From positions 310,393 through 374,392 of the forward strand of contig CAWGPA010000001.1 in NCBI GenBank assembly GCA_963824325.1: a stretch of 64,000 nt of DNA, read 5' to 3'. The position numbers were made by a program, and so were the translations under genes. Each line of letters opens with the position of its first letter. Positions within the stretch are counted from its first letter, which is position 1. A model generated the notes under the pieces. It was not told the origin of the DNA and searched no databases. It saw nothing but the letters and a program-made list of their open reading frames with translations. The stretch is from an uncultured Acidobacteriaceae bacterium. Its GTDB lineage: Bacteria; Acidobacteriota; Terriglobia; Terriglobales; Acidobacteriaceae. Below are positions 53,484-62,664 of the stretch, piece after piece.

Positions 53484-55043
53484 TTAGGGCAATGGCGGAA
53501 AGAGCGGCGGATCTTTGCGCTGCCCGGTGGTTTGCTCGAAATCGTATGCGTAGCGAATCAGCGTCGACTCGCTGAACGCGGGCCCGAGAAATGTCAGTCC
53601 CGCCGGCAGCATGCCGTGGGTAAAGCCCATGGGAACGCTGATGGCGGGAAATCCGGTCTGCGGTGAGAGCACCTGGCTGTTATCCCCCGCCGGACTCGTC
53701 ACATCGCCCACCTTACGTGGTGGATTACTCCAGGTGGGATACACGATGGCGTCGAGATGATCCGTCGCCATGGCCTTGAGCAGCGCGTCGCGAAACGCGA
53801 TCTTTGGCGGATCGTGGTAGACGTCGGGACAGGGTGTGCGGCGATCGTCGGGTTTCGGGGGAGCCACCGCAGCGCGGATCTCCTCTTCGATGTAAGGCAG
53901 GTACAGACCCGAATCCACGATGGAAGCCAGATCGTGATAGGGCGCGTTGGGATGCTTCGCGAGGTAAGCGTTCAGATCGGCCTGGAAGTCTCCACAGCCC
54001 AGTTTCTTCTCCATAGCTTCATAGTCTGGGAGGGAGAATGGATCGACCAGCACCGCGCCTTCCTGCTGGAGAGCATGCAGCGCCTGTTGGGTCGCTGCCT
54101 TCACTTCGGGATCAGTCTTTGCGTCGTTGAAGTACTGGCGAAAGACGCCGATGCGTGCGCCGCGCAGACCATGCCGATCGAGAAAACGCGTGTAGTCGAG
54201 TTGGGGACGATGGGCATCGAGTTGCGTAACCGGATCGGCGGGATCTACACCTGCGACGACGGTGAGCAGCGCGGCGGCATCGGCCACTGTGCGTGCCATC
54301 GGCCCACCCACATCGTTCTGCACGGACAGGGGAATGATTCCCCAACGGCTGGTAAGGCCGATAGTGGGACGAATGCCCACCAGGTCGTTGTGCGATGAGG
54401 GGCCACGGATCGAGTTGCCGGTGTCGGTGCCCAGACCGGACTCTCCCAGGCTAGCCGCAACCCCTGCGGCCGTGCCCCCGCTCGACCCGGCGGGAACGCG
54501 GGTCAGATCGTAAGGATTGCGCGTGATGCCGGCGATGGAGCTTGCCGTGAGATAGGGACTAAAGGCCCACTCCGCCATGTTGGTCTTGGCCAGCAGGATG
54601 GCCCCGGCCGCTCGCAGGCGCGCCACCATGGTGGCATCGCTGACGGGTACAAAGCCACGCATGGCGAGCGATCCGCCGGTGGTTTGTAAGCCTTGCGTGT
54701 CGTAGTTGTCTTTGATGAGGACGGCGATGCCGCCGAGGGGAGGCAGCGTGTGGGTTCTGGCGAAGTTTCGATCGCAGGCATCGGCTTCGGCGAGGGCATC
54801 GGGGTTGACGGTCACGATCGCATTCAGCCGCAAGCCTTCTATCGGCGTCTGGTCATAGGCACGGATGCGCGCCAGGTAGCTTTCGACCACCGCGCGGCAG
54901 CTGGTGCGTCCCTCGCGAATGGCCTTCTGTGTCTCGACGATGGTGGCGCCGACCACATTGAACCCGCTGCTCCTGGTCTGTGCACCGGTAGGCCGGCAGA
55001 GGGCGAGCAAAAGAAGGCAGAGCGTTCGAAGAATGCGCATCAT
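53484..55043 (-). CDS. exported amidase (amidase-signature family)
   Basis: 519 aa with a signal peptide ([15 protein letters not shown]). AS signature [13 protein letters not shown]...[17 protein letters not shown]...[12 protein letters not shown]. Confidence 0.9.
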   Translation of the reverse strand: MMRILRTLCLLLLALCRPTGAQTRSSGFNVVGATIVETQKAIREGRTSCRAVVESYLARIRAYDQTPIEGLRLNAIVTVNPDALAEADACDRNFARTHTLPPLGGIAVLIKDNYDTQGLQTTGGSLAMRGFVPVSDATMVARLRAAGAILLAKTNMAEWAFSPYLTASSIAGITRNPYDLTRVPAGSSGGTAAGVAASLGESGLGTDTGNSIRGPSSHNDLVGIRPTIGLTSRWGIIPLSVQNDVGGPMARTVADAAALLTVVAGVDPADPVTQLDAHRPQLDYTRFLDRHGLRGARIGVFRQYFNDAKTDPEVKAATQQALHALQQEGAVLVDPFSLPDYEAMEKKLGCGDFQADLNAYLAKHPNAPYHDLASIVDSGLYLPYIEEEIRAAVAPPKPDDRRTPCPDVYHDPPKIAFRDALLKAMATDHLDAIVYPTWSNPPRKVGDVTSPAGDNSQVLSPQTGFPAISVPMGFTHGMLPAGLTFLGPAFSESTLIRYAYDFEQTTGQRKDPPLFPPLP

Positions 55044-55098
55044 CGTGGTCTTACGAGAGATAACACAACAGCCTGCATCAGCTTTTCACGCGAGCGCG

Positions 55099-56115
55099 CT
55101 ACTTGGTGAAAATGTTCTTCGGACATATCGCATGAACGCCCACGCTGCCGTCCACCAGCTGCGTGATGTCGACATCGACCGCTACGCTGGTCAGCATATA
55201 GGCGTCATCGCGGCTCAGGTGCTTCTGGTCAACCAGGAAATTGATCATGTCGCGCACCGCGAGGGTGGTCGCTTCCTTCAGGTCCGGACTGAAGCCCATG
55301 CTGATGTAGCCGGTGGGCGTCTCCGCTCGCGGCCAGAGCAGATGCTGGTCCTTGTGAACAACGAACCGGAATGTTCCAGAGAGGAAGGTCTCGAGAGCGG
55401 TGATATCGACTTCACCGTTGCCCTGTCCAGCGTGGCCGTCTCCAACTTCAAAGAGCGCGCCCTTGGCATGGACAGGAATGTAGAGCGTAGTGCCGGCTAC
55501 CAACTCCTTGTTATCCATGTTGCCCCCGTGCATCCACGGTGGCGCACTGTCGACGCGGCCGGCAGAAGGCGGCGGAGCATCCCCCATACTGCCAAAGAAG
55601 GGATGCAGAGGAATGTCGATCCCCGGAGCGAAGTGGGCGAGCATCTTTGTGCGGTCCAGCGGAATGATCTTGGTGCGGCCGTAAGGATAGTCATTGGGCA
55701 GGAAACCGCGTCCGGCGCCAAAGCCATTGCAGGCCCAGGGCACATCGATGTCGATCTTCAGAATCTGCACCTCGAGGACGTCTCCTGGTTCAGCCTCGGC
55801 AATGTCAACCGGACCGGTGAGAATATGGCCTCCAGGGCCCTTGTCCTTCACTTCCCGATATATGTCGGCGTTATAGGAGGGAATGTCGGAGGCCGCAACG
55901 CCCTCCTTGATAAGGCGGTCGTTTGAGCCGCAAGTGGAAAGGGTCTGGATGCGTACCGTATCTCCTGAGTGCACGGTAAGAACGGATTTGGCTTCGGCGG
56001 AATAGTAGCCCCAGACCACAGTGGAGGGCGTGGCGGACAGCGTAGCTTGCGGTGGCTGCCCAACGGCAATGGCTGCAAACGTGAACAACATCGCTGCAGC
56101 GAGAAGAAACTTCAT
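55099..56115 (-). CDS. exported acetamidase/formamidase family protein
   Basis: 338 aa with signal peptide MKFLLAAAMLFTFAAIAVGQ. GPVDIAEAEPGDVLEVQILKID and GGNMDNKEL are FmdA_AmdA blocks. Confidence 0.8.
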   Translation of the reverse strand: MKFLLAAAMLFTFAAIAVGQPPQATLSATPSTVVWGYYSAEAKSVLTVHSGDTVRIQTLSTCGSNDRLIKEGVAASDIPSYNADIYREVKDKGPGGHILTGPVDIAEAEPGDVLEVQILKIDIDVPWACNGFGAGRGFLPNDYPYGRTKIIPLDRTKMLAHFAPGIDIPLHPFFGSMGDAPPPSAGRVDSAPPWMHGGNMDNKELVAGTTLYIPVHAKGALFEVGDGHAGQGNGEVDITALETFLSGTFRFVVHKDQHLLWPRAETPTGYISMGFSPDLKEATTLAVRDMINFLVDQKHLSRDDAYMLTSVAVDVDITQLVDGSVGVHAICPKNIFTK

Positions 56116-56161
56116 CGATGGCTCCCTGGCAGGTTTATTTTGTAGTCAGGTCAGAACTGAA

Positions 56162-56695
56162 TCATACGTGCGCCACCACGGAATTTGGCGCCTCGAGTCC
56201 GCGCTGGTAGCGCACTTCGTCGACCGTCACTCCCCACATCGTGTCTGTTCGCCTTACTCCATCGGCGGCCCACCCGTCTATTTGGTAGAAGCGCTCCGCG
56301 CGCACGTTACCCCTCAGGACCCACAGAAACGCATGTTGGAATCCCAATTCGAAAAGATAGGCACGAGCTGACGACACAAGGGCCTGGCCCATGCCGCGGC
56401 CCCACTTCCGGGGATCCACATAGAGCGCACATAGCTCTCCATAGTTCGCGAGATCCGGATCGCGCGATGGGGCCGTGGTGGCAAACCCCTGGATCAACCC
56501 TTCTTCGAGGGCTACAATCGTCCGCGGCTTGAGCGGGTCAAGGCTAGTGAAGTCATACGCGCGTGCTCGATCCTCGGGGCGAAGTTGATCGAGGTAATCA
56601 TCAGGAAGCAGCCCGCGGTAGGCTGCCTGCCATGAACGGACGTGCACCCTAGCGACAGTCATTGCGTCAGGTGGTTCAGCCGGCCGGAGCAGCAT
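56162..56695 (-). CDS. GNAT family N-acetyltransferase
   Basis: 177 aa. ALYVDPRKWGRGMGQALV...AFLWVLRGNVRAERFYQIDGW contains the acetyl-CoA binding motif (R/Q-x-x-G-x-G/A). Confidence 0.85.
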   Translation of the reverse strand: MLLRPAEPPDAMTVARVHVRSWQAAYRGLLPDDYLDQLRPEDRARAYDFTSLDPLKPRTIVALEEGLIQGFATTAPSRDPDLANYGELCALYVDPRKWGRGMGQALVSSARAYLFELGFQHAFLWVLRGNVRAERFYQIDGWAADGVRRTDTMWGVTVDEVRYQRGLEAPNSVVAHV

Positions 56696-57207
56696 TCCCT
56701 AGCATGCCATGAATACCAGGTGTCGGGATGGAGATTCGACAGGGCTATCTGGTCGTTGTTTAGCGGCTGGTTCGGGTCTATTCGATGGGTTTGTTGCCGC
56801 CGATACCCGCCCCGTTCCGCATACTGTACCCAAAGGCCCGACTAACTATTAGCGTGTTAGTACGTTTAAAGTTTTTTCTCCGCCCAATGATACTTTTATT
56901 GTTACTTATTGAGACCGGCCCGCTGACCTGCTGCCCCCTGGACGGGGCAAATCGATCAGGTGGTAGTGACTGGAGGTGGATTCGAGAGACGGTCATTGCA
57001 TCGGCTGGTTTATTCGAGGTCGGTCCGAGGACTGTGCCTGACGGGAAAGGGGGTGCAGGATGGAACACTGCCCGGGTTCCCGTTGGTTCAAGCAATGGGG
57101 CGGATGCCGCGCAAGCCGAGGTTTTGGGTTCTGGTCCATTTCAGCTAAGCTCAGTGCATGACTAGACGTGTGCCGCTGGTTCGTTCGCTGTGCGTTGACG
57201 GGCCCCG

Positions 57208-58491
57208 ATGTCGGTGGAAAGGAACCGTCTCCTAGTGGTTGAATCGCCCTTTCTCCGTCGTATTTTCCGCGCGTTTCGCCATCGGGACTTCCGGCTGATG
57301 TGGATCGGCGCCTGCGTCTCCACGACGGGCACGTTTGTCCAGCAGTTCGCACAGAGCTGGCTGGTCTACGATCTGACCAAGAACCCCTTTTATCTCGGCC
57401 TGGATCTGTTTCTTGGCCAGCTTCCTATCATGCTGTTCTCGCTCTTTGGCGGCGTCTTCGCGGATCGCATGGATCGCAGAAAGATGCTGCTGTATTCGCA
57501 GTACATCCAAATGACCTGCGCGTTCATTCTGGCAGGCCTGTTCGTAACCCACGCCCTAAAAGGAATGTCCTTTATTGCGGTGATCCTCACGCTTTCCTTC
57601 GTTGTCGGCTGTGGCCAGTCTTTTGGCGGACCTGCCTATTCCGCACTATTGCCGTCGTTGGTGAAAGGCGAGGACCTCTCCAACGCGATCGCCATGAACT
57701 CGATCCAGTTCAACCTGGCACGTGTCCTGGGTCCGGCGCTCGGCGGGCTCGCTTATACGTGGTTCGGCGCCACCTGGTGCTTCACCCTGAATGGCATCTC
57801 CTATATTGCGGTGATCGTCTCGCTCTTCATGATCCAGGTGAAATTTGTGCCGCCCACATCGCGTGAATCGATCCTGAAAAGTATGGGTGAGGGCATCCAA
57901 TTCATACGCCACCGCGAGGGGTTGGGTCCGCTGGTCGTGCTCGCTTTCTTTACTACGTTGCTGGGCTTCTCCATCACTGGATTCCTTCCAGTCATCGTCC
58001 AGACGATCTTCCACAAGGGCCCGGAGACTTATCAACTGCTGCTCGTATCATCGGGCGCGGGGTCGATTACCGGCGCGTTGATCGTGGCCGCCATGGAACG
58101 CTTGAAAGGACAAGGCCATGTGGCGCTGCTATCCCTTCTCGCCCTGGGAGCCGCGACCGCTGCCTTCGCCCTTTCCCGCTGGCTTCCACTTTCCTGCGTC
58201 CTGATCTTCGTCGCCGGCGCGGCTATCATGGCCTCGGCATCACTTATGCTTTCGCTGGTCCAGGTGATCGTCTCCGACCAGATGCGGGGTAGGGTGATGA
58301 GCGTCTACAATCTCGCCTTCCGGGCCGGAATACCGCTGGGGAGCCTGGCGCTGGGAAAGCTGATCCCCATGGTTGGCATCTCCTGGGCGCTGGCAGGCTC
58401 CGGCGGAATTCTTATTGCGCTCTCGCTATACTTCCTCACCGTGATGAGAAAAATTCCGACCTTTCAACCCGTAGCCAGGACAGGACACTGA
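57208..58491 (+). CDS. MFS transporter (MFS_3 / EntS-like)
   Basis: 427 aa with ~12 TM segments. FRHRDFRLMWIGACVSTTGTFVQQFAQSWLVYDLT and GGVFADRMDRRKML are typical of the ENTS/MFS_3 group. Confidence 0.85.
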   Translation: MSVERNRLLVVESPFLRRIFRAFRHRDFRLMWIGACVSTTGTFVQQFAQSWLVYDLTKNPFYLGLDLFLGQLPIMLFSLFGGVFADRMDRRKMLLYSQYIQMTCAFILAGLFVTHALKGMSFIAVILTLSFVVGCGQSFGGPAYSALLPSLVKGEDLSNAIAMNSIQFNLARVLGPALGGLAYTWFGATWCFTLNGISYIAVIVSLFMIQVKFVPPTSRESILKSMGEGIQFIRHREGLGPLVVLAFFTTLLGFSITGFLPVIVQTIFHKGPETYQLLLVSSGAGSITGALIVAAMERLKGQGHVALLSLLALGAATAAFALSRWLPLSCVLIFVAGAAIMASASLMLSLVQVIVSDQMRGRVMSVYNLAFRAGIPLGSLALGKLIPMVGISWALAGSGGILIALSLYFLTVMRKIPTFQPVARTGH

Positions 58492-58500
58492 AGGTCCTGA

Positions 58501-59250
58501 ATGAACGCGCACAGAGCAGGCGTATTCACCGTCGATGAGCGCAACCGCATCCGTGATCGTATTCTGGAGCTCGCAAAGTCCGATGCACGGATCGTTGCCG
58601 GGGCGGTCGTGGGCTCATTGGCGACCGGCGAAGGCGACCGATGGTCGGATCTCGATCTGGCATTCGGTGTGGCTCCAGAAGATCAAATCATCGACGTGCT
58701 CAACCGGCTCGCGGCTCCGCTGGTCACAGAGTTCGGGGCCGTTCCTCTCTTCGATTTGCCTCACCGCCAAAGCATATTTCGGGTTCTGCTGTTGGAGGGA
58801 TGTCTTCAGGTCGACCTTTCGGTCACTCCGGCATCCAAGTTCGGTCCGAATGGTCCGAAATTCAGAGTGCTTTTCGGCATCTATACGGATAACCCACCGA
58901 TCCCGGCTCCGATTGCAGGCGAGTTGATCGGGTACGCCGCGCATCATGCTGCGCGTGCCCGCTTCTGTATCGAGCGCGGCCGCTTTTGGCAGGCGGAATA
59001 TTGGTTAAGCGGCGCACGCGATTACGCTCTGAGCCTTGCTTGCCTCCGGCGCAATCTACCCCCTCACTACGGAAGAGGTTTTGACCAGCTTCCCGCCGAA
59101 GTTCAGACACGAGCCGAGGGTGCCCTGGTTAGATCCTTGGATCGCGCCGAACTGTTGCGTGCTCTGGCAGCCATCGTCGGTGTGTTTTGGACGAAGCTCG
59201 CCAGATCACCGGCGATCCAGCCGAAGTTGAACCGCATCTGCTCTTATTGA
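58501..59250 (+). CDS. nucleotidyltransferase-domain protein (minimal pol-beta-type NTase)
   Basis: 249 aa. VVGSLATGEGDRWSDLDLAFGV fits the GS-x(n)-D-x-D NTase motif, and a helical C-terminal domain follows. Confidence 0.65.
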   Translation: MNAHRAGVFTVDERNRIRDRILELAKSDARIVAGAVVGSLATGEGDRWSDLDLAFGVAPEDQIIDVLNRLAAPLVTEFGAVPLFDLPHRQSIFRVLLLEGCLQVDLSVTPASKFGPNGPKFRVLFGIYTDNPPIPAPIAGELIGYAAHHAARARFCIERGRFWQAEYWLSGARDYALSLACLRRNLPPHYGRGFDQLPAEVQTRAEGALVRSLDRAELLRALAAIVGVFWTKLARSPAIQPKLNRICSY

Positions 59251-59371
59251 CAACACCATGGCCTGAATAGCAAACCCTTGCTGTATGCAAAGCCGAAGCG
59301 AAGTGTATGCTTGGTGCCGTGTTTGCCCGTGATAAGAACGGGAGCAAACGAAAGACAGAGGGCACCAAGAT

Positions 59372-59797
59372 ATGGAAAGCAAAGGCCGGCGTTTGATGTT
59401 TCATGGCATGGTTCTGTTTCTCCTTGGGCTGGCAACCGGCTTCGCTGAGCAGCATTTCGCAAACGTACGCATGGGACTCGCCGCACACCTGGAAGGCCTG
59501 ATGAATGGCATCTTCCTTCTTGCGCTGGGGGCGAGTTGGAAGGAAGTACGACTATCTTCTCGCACCGCCTCGCTCGTATTCTGGGTTACGCTTTATGGCA
59601 CCTACGGGAACTGGCTCATGACTACACTGGCTGCGGTTTTCGGTACCGCGGCCCTTTCTCCCATCACAGGAGCTGGACATAGCGGTCTGCCCTGGCAAGA
59701 GAGCCTGGTCATGGCTGGCTTCATGACGGTGGGTATTACGATGGTGTTCATGTCGGTGGTCGTTCTTTGGGGTCTTCGCGCCAAAGCGGGTGAATGA
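59372..59797 (+). CDS. small 4-TM membrane protein (possibly hydroxylaminobenzene-mutase-like)
   Basis: 141 aa with four hydrophobic segments (HGMVLFLLGLATGF, LMNGIFLLALGASW, VFWVTLYGTYGNWLMTTLAAVFG, AGFMTVGITMVFMSVVVLWGL). The family guess is from memory only. Confidence 0.5.
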   Translation: MESKGRRLMFHGMVLFLLGLATGFAEQHFANVRMGLAAHLEGLMNGIFLLALGASWKEVRLSSRTASLVFWVTLYGTYGNWLMTTLAAVFGTAALSPITGAGHSGLPWQESLVMAGFMTVGITMVFMSVVVLWGLRAKAGE

Positions 59798-59842
59798 TTC
59801 CTTGGTTGCCGTGTGATAGAGTTCCGCATTGGAAGGTGTCAT

Positions 59843-62644
59843 ATGCGGCATTGTGTCGCAAGGGACTCGGTCCTGGGGAAAACTTTCCTCCTCTCTGCCC
59901 TCTTAGCTTCTGGATTTCTGGCAACTTCCATTTCGACGTTGGCCCAGGCTAGCGGCCAGGCCAATGCTTCATCGACTGAGAACCAGGCGCCGTTCCAGTT
60001 GAAAGTAAATAGCAACCTGGTGGTCGTGCGCGTTGTGGTGCGCGATGCGCAGAATAAGCCGGTCGAGAACCTCAAGAAGGAAGACTTTAACCTTTTCGAC
60101 CGAGGCAAGAAGCAAACCATCACGCAGTTTGCTGCGGAGACCGCGGGTTCGCAGCCCTCTAGTCCAGCTCCAGCCACCACGTCGGGAAAACCGGCCATTG
60201 CGGCTGCGACAGCTTCAGCCATGCCGCGACGTTTCCTGGCTCTGTATTTCGACGATCTAAATACTTCCGCCGCCGACTTGATCCGGGCGCGCGACGCGGC
60301 CGATCATTACCTCGCCACCCACCTCCAGCCAGGCGACCGGGTTGGCATATTTACTTCAAGCACAAGCCTCTCTGACTTTACCGACGATCCAAAGCAAATC
60401 CACGACGCTCTCTTCAAGCTCCACGCCAGCCCTCTATCTCTGAACCTGGCTAAGAGCCAGGACTGCCCGGATCTATCTGACTACCAGGCCCAGCAGATTA
60501 TCGATTACGAATTCGACGAAAATATCGACGCCTGGCAGATTGCGATTGATCAAGCTAAGAATGATCCCAGGTGTTTCAGGGTGCCATTGAATCGTCCCCA
60601 CCAACCCGAACTATACATTGCGAACTTGGCGCGGAGCGTCATAGAACAAGCCTTGACGCAGTCGCGCGCTAACTTGCAGAAACTCGATCAAGTGGTGAAG
60701 TATGTCTCACAGATGCCCGGTCAGCGCACCGTCCTTCTCGTCTCTCCTGGCTTCCTATCACGCAGCGAACAGTCTCAATTGGACGAGCTGATTGACCGTG
60801 CATTGCGGTCGCAGGTGGTTATCAGTTCGCTGAATCCCAAGGGCCTGACCAACGTCACGCGTGAAGGCGATGTATCCCACAGTTATCTTCCAGGGACAAC
60901 GCCAGGAGCTGCGGTTGGGAAAACGCAGGGTTTGGATTCGGAAAGGGAGGCGGCAGTGCAGGACGTGCTGGCGGAGGTGGCGCAAGGCACGGGCGGAGAG
61001 TTCGTTCACAACAACAACGATCTGCAGGCCGGATTCGCGGCGCTTGCGCCCGCTCCCGCGTATTACCTGGCCTTCGATCCCACGGATATAAAGCAAGACG
61101 GCAAGTTCCACGAGTTGAAAGTGGCGCTGGCGGAAAAGCACAAAGGGTTCAGCGTCCAGGCACGGCGTGGCTATTTTGCGACGGGAAAGAATGCTGAGCC
61201 CAACGATCTCGCCAAACAAGTGGGAGCAAGCGAATCGGATGCCCAAGCGCAGGAGCAGATCCGGGAGGCGGTTCAGTCAAAGACTGATTTGCAGCAACTG
61301 CCGGTCACGATGGACGTAAGAGTCTCGTCCACCAAAACTGAGGCCCGCGCCCTTGGGCTGACCGCGCACCTCGATCCGAAGGCGCTCCACTTTCGCAAGG
61401 ATGGCCAGCGCAACCTGGATAACGTCACATTCGTCTTTGCCATCTTTGATGCAAAGGACGACATGATTCAGCTGCAGCGAGGACAGGCCAAGATGGACGT
61501 TTCAGACGCGGAACTTCAGAACATCCTGCGTGCCGGTCTCAAGATGGATTCGACCTTTGAGTTGAAGCCAGGCACCTACCGTGTTCGTGAGGTCGTGACG
61601 GATTCTGAGGAGCATCGCCTAACTGCTGTATCCCGCACTGTTAATGTTTCTACCGAGTGCTGCGTAGCTCCCGACTTGGCAAGCAATCATCCAACCTCGC
61701 CCAACCAGCCCGCGCCGTCTCATGACCTTACCGGCAGCCAGCCGGGCTCTCCCACTCAGAGCGTAGTGGGATCGGCATCAACAACTGTAGCCACGTATAT
61801 TGACTATTCCCTGCGCAAGCTGAGCGCGGCGGTTCCCACCCTGGATGGGATGAAAGCCGATTCCAATCAGGATCAGTTGGCCGGGATCCTCTCCAAAGTT
61901 GGTGAGGCGACCGTGAAGTCATTGTCCACGGTGCCCAATTTATCTTCCCGCGAAGATGTGTACTCCATCGTGCTAGCCCGTGACCCGGGATTAACGAATA
62001 GCGTCGTGGGCATGGAGGAAACGCCGGGCCTGCTGGACCTGGAATCGCAGCTGCTTCAGTCGCGCAGTATCGAGTTCAACTACTTGCTTCTCTTTGATCA
62101 CCACGCGGATGGCGCAACCTCCATCAAGGAATTAAGGACCGATTTCAAGAACCGGCAGGTCACCTCGCCCGTCAACGGGGTCGGTCCGCATGGCTTCGGA
62201 TTCGCGTATCAATGGTTGCTATTAACGCCTGCGAATCAATCCGAGTTACGCTTCCGCTATCTCGGACAGCAGAGAATGGACGATCATAAAACCTTCGTTC
62301 TGGGTTTTGTGCAGGTCCCAGATCAGGTAAAGATACCGGGAAAATTCACCTGGGCGGGCAAGGAAGCTCCGTTCTTCTTCCAGGGAATTGTCTGGATCGA
62401 TCAGTCTACGTTTGATGTGGTTCGGCTGCGCACCGATCTTCTGTCGCCCGTCCCCAGCGTCAATCTGCGGCAAATGACCACGGAGCTCCATTTCCGCTCC
62501 GTGCGCATCCACGGTTACGGCGCCGATCTTTGGCTACCTTCTGAGGTGCTGATTCGCACGGCACAAACCGACAGCATTGTGGAAGAGCTGCACCAGTATT
62601 CCGCGTACAGATTCTTCCACGCCGAGAGCCGGCTCGTGCCGTAG
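59843..62644 (+). CDS. TIGR03436-type VWFA-related protein with ~330-aa C-terminal extension
   Basis: Start set at the ATG at 59843 (MRHCVARDSVLGKTFLLSALLASGFLATSISTLAQA). FQLKVNSNLVVVRVVVRDAQNKPVENLKKEDFNLFDRGKKQTITQF is the family N-terminal sandwich, followed by a VWA core (RFLALYFDDLN...LLVSPGF). After a Pro/Ser linker comes an extra domain. Confidence 0.85.
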   Translation: MRHCVARDSVLGKTFLLSALLASGFLATSISTLAQASGQANASSTENQAPFQLKVNSNLVVVRVVVRDAQNKPVENLKKEDFNLFDRGKKQTITQFAAETAGSQPSSPAPATTSGKPAIAAATASAMPRRFLALYFDDLNTSAADLIRARDAADHYLATHLQPGDRVGIFTSSTSLSDFTDDPKQIHDALFKLHASPLSLNLAKSQDCPDLSDYQAQQIIDYEFDENIDAWQIAIDQAKNDPRCFRVPLNRPHQPELYIANLARSVIEQALTQSRANLQKLDQVVKYVSQMPGQRTVLLVSPGFLSRSEQSQLDELIDRALRSQVVISSLNPKGLTNVTREGDVSHSYLPGTTPGAAVGKTQGLDSEREAAVQDVLAEVAQGTGGEFVHNNNDLQAGFAALAPAPAYYLAFDPTDIKQDGKFHELKVALAEKHKGFSVQARRGYFATGKNAEPNDLAKQVGASESDAQAQEQIREAVQSKTDLQQLPVTMDVRVSSTKTEARALGLTAHLDPKALHFRKDGQRNLDNVTFVFAIFDAKDDMIQLQRGQAKMDVSDAELQNILRAGLKMDSTFELKPGTYRVREVVTDSEEHRLTAVSRTVNVSTECCVAPDLASNHPTSPNQPAPSHDLTGSQPGSPTQSVVGSASTTVATYIDYSLRKLSAAVPTLDGMKADSNQDQLAGILSKVGEATVKSLSTVPNLSSREDVYSIVLARDPGLTNSVVGMEETPGLLDLESQLLQSRSIEFNYLLLFDHHADGATSIKELRTDFKNRQVTSPVNGVGPHGFGFAYQWLLLTPANQSELRFRYLGQQRMDDHKTFVLGFVQVPDQVKIPGKFTWAGKEAPFFFQGIVWIDQSTFDVVRLRTDLLSPVPSVNLRQMTTELHFRSVRIHGYGADLWLPSEVLIRTAQTDSIVEELHQYSAYRFFHAESRLVP

Positions 62645-62664
62645 GGTTGCGTTGAGAATCTGGT

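Noticed and set aside
56716-56760. tmRNA-like 5-prime motif (gggatggagattcgacagggc resembles the GGGG...UUCGACGGG start of ssrA)
   Set aside because: I could find no tag-peptide reading frame, no T-arm (GGTTCGAATCC-like) and no CCA-proximal acceptor complement within the expected ~350 nt on either strand. The resemblance is limited to about 12 nt.
57000-57090. Guanidine-I (ykkC) or cobalamin riboswitch upstream of the MFS gene
   Set aside because: Only isolated short blocks resemble the consensus. The ordered CUAGGGUUCCG...GGUCCGAGAG...ACGGCGGGA..CCCGGGAG architecture is not present as far as I can read. I kept it only as an uncalled possibility, to be tested with Infernal.
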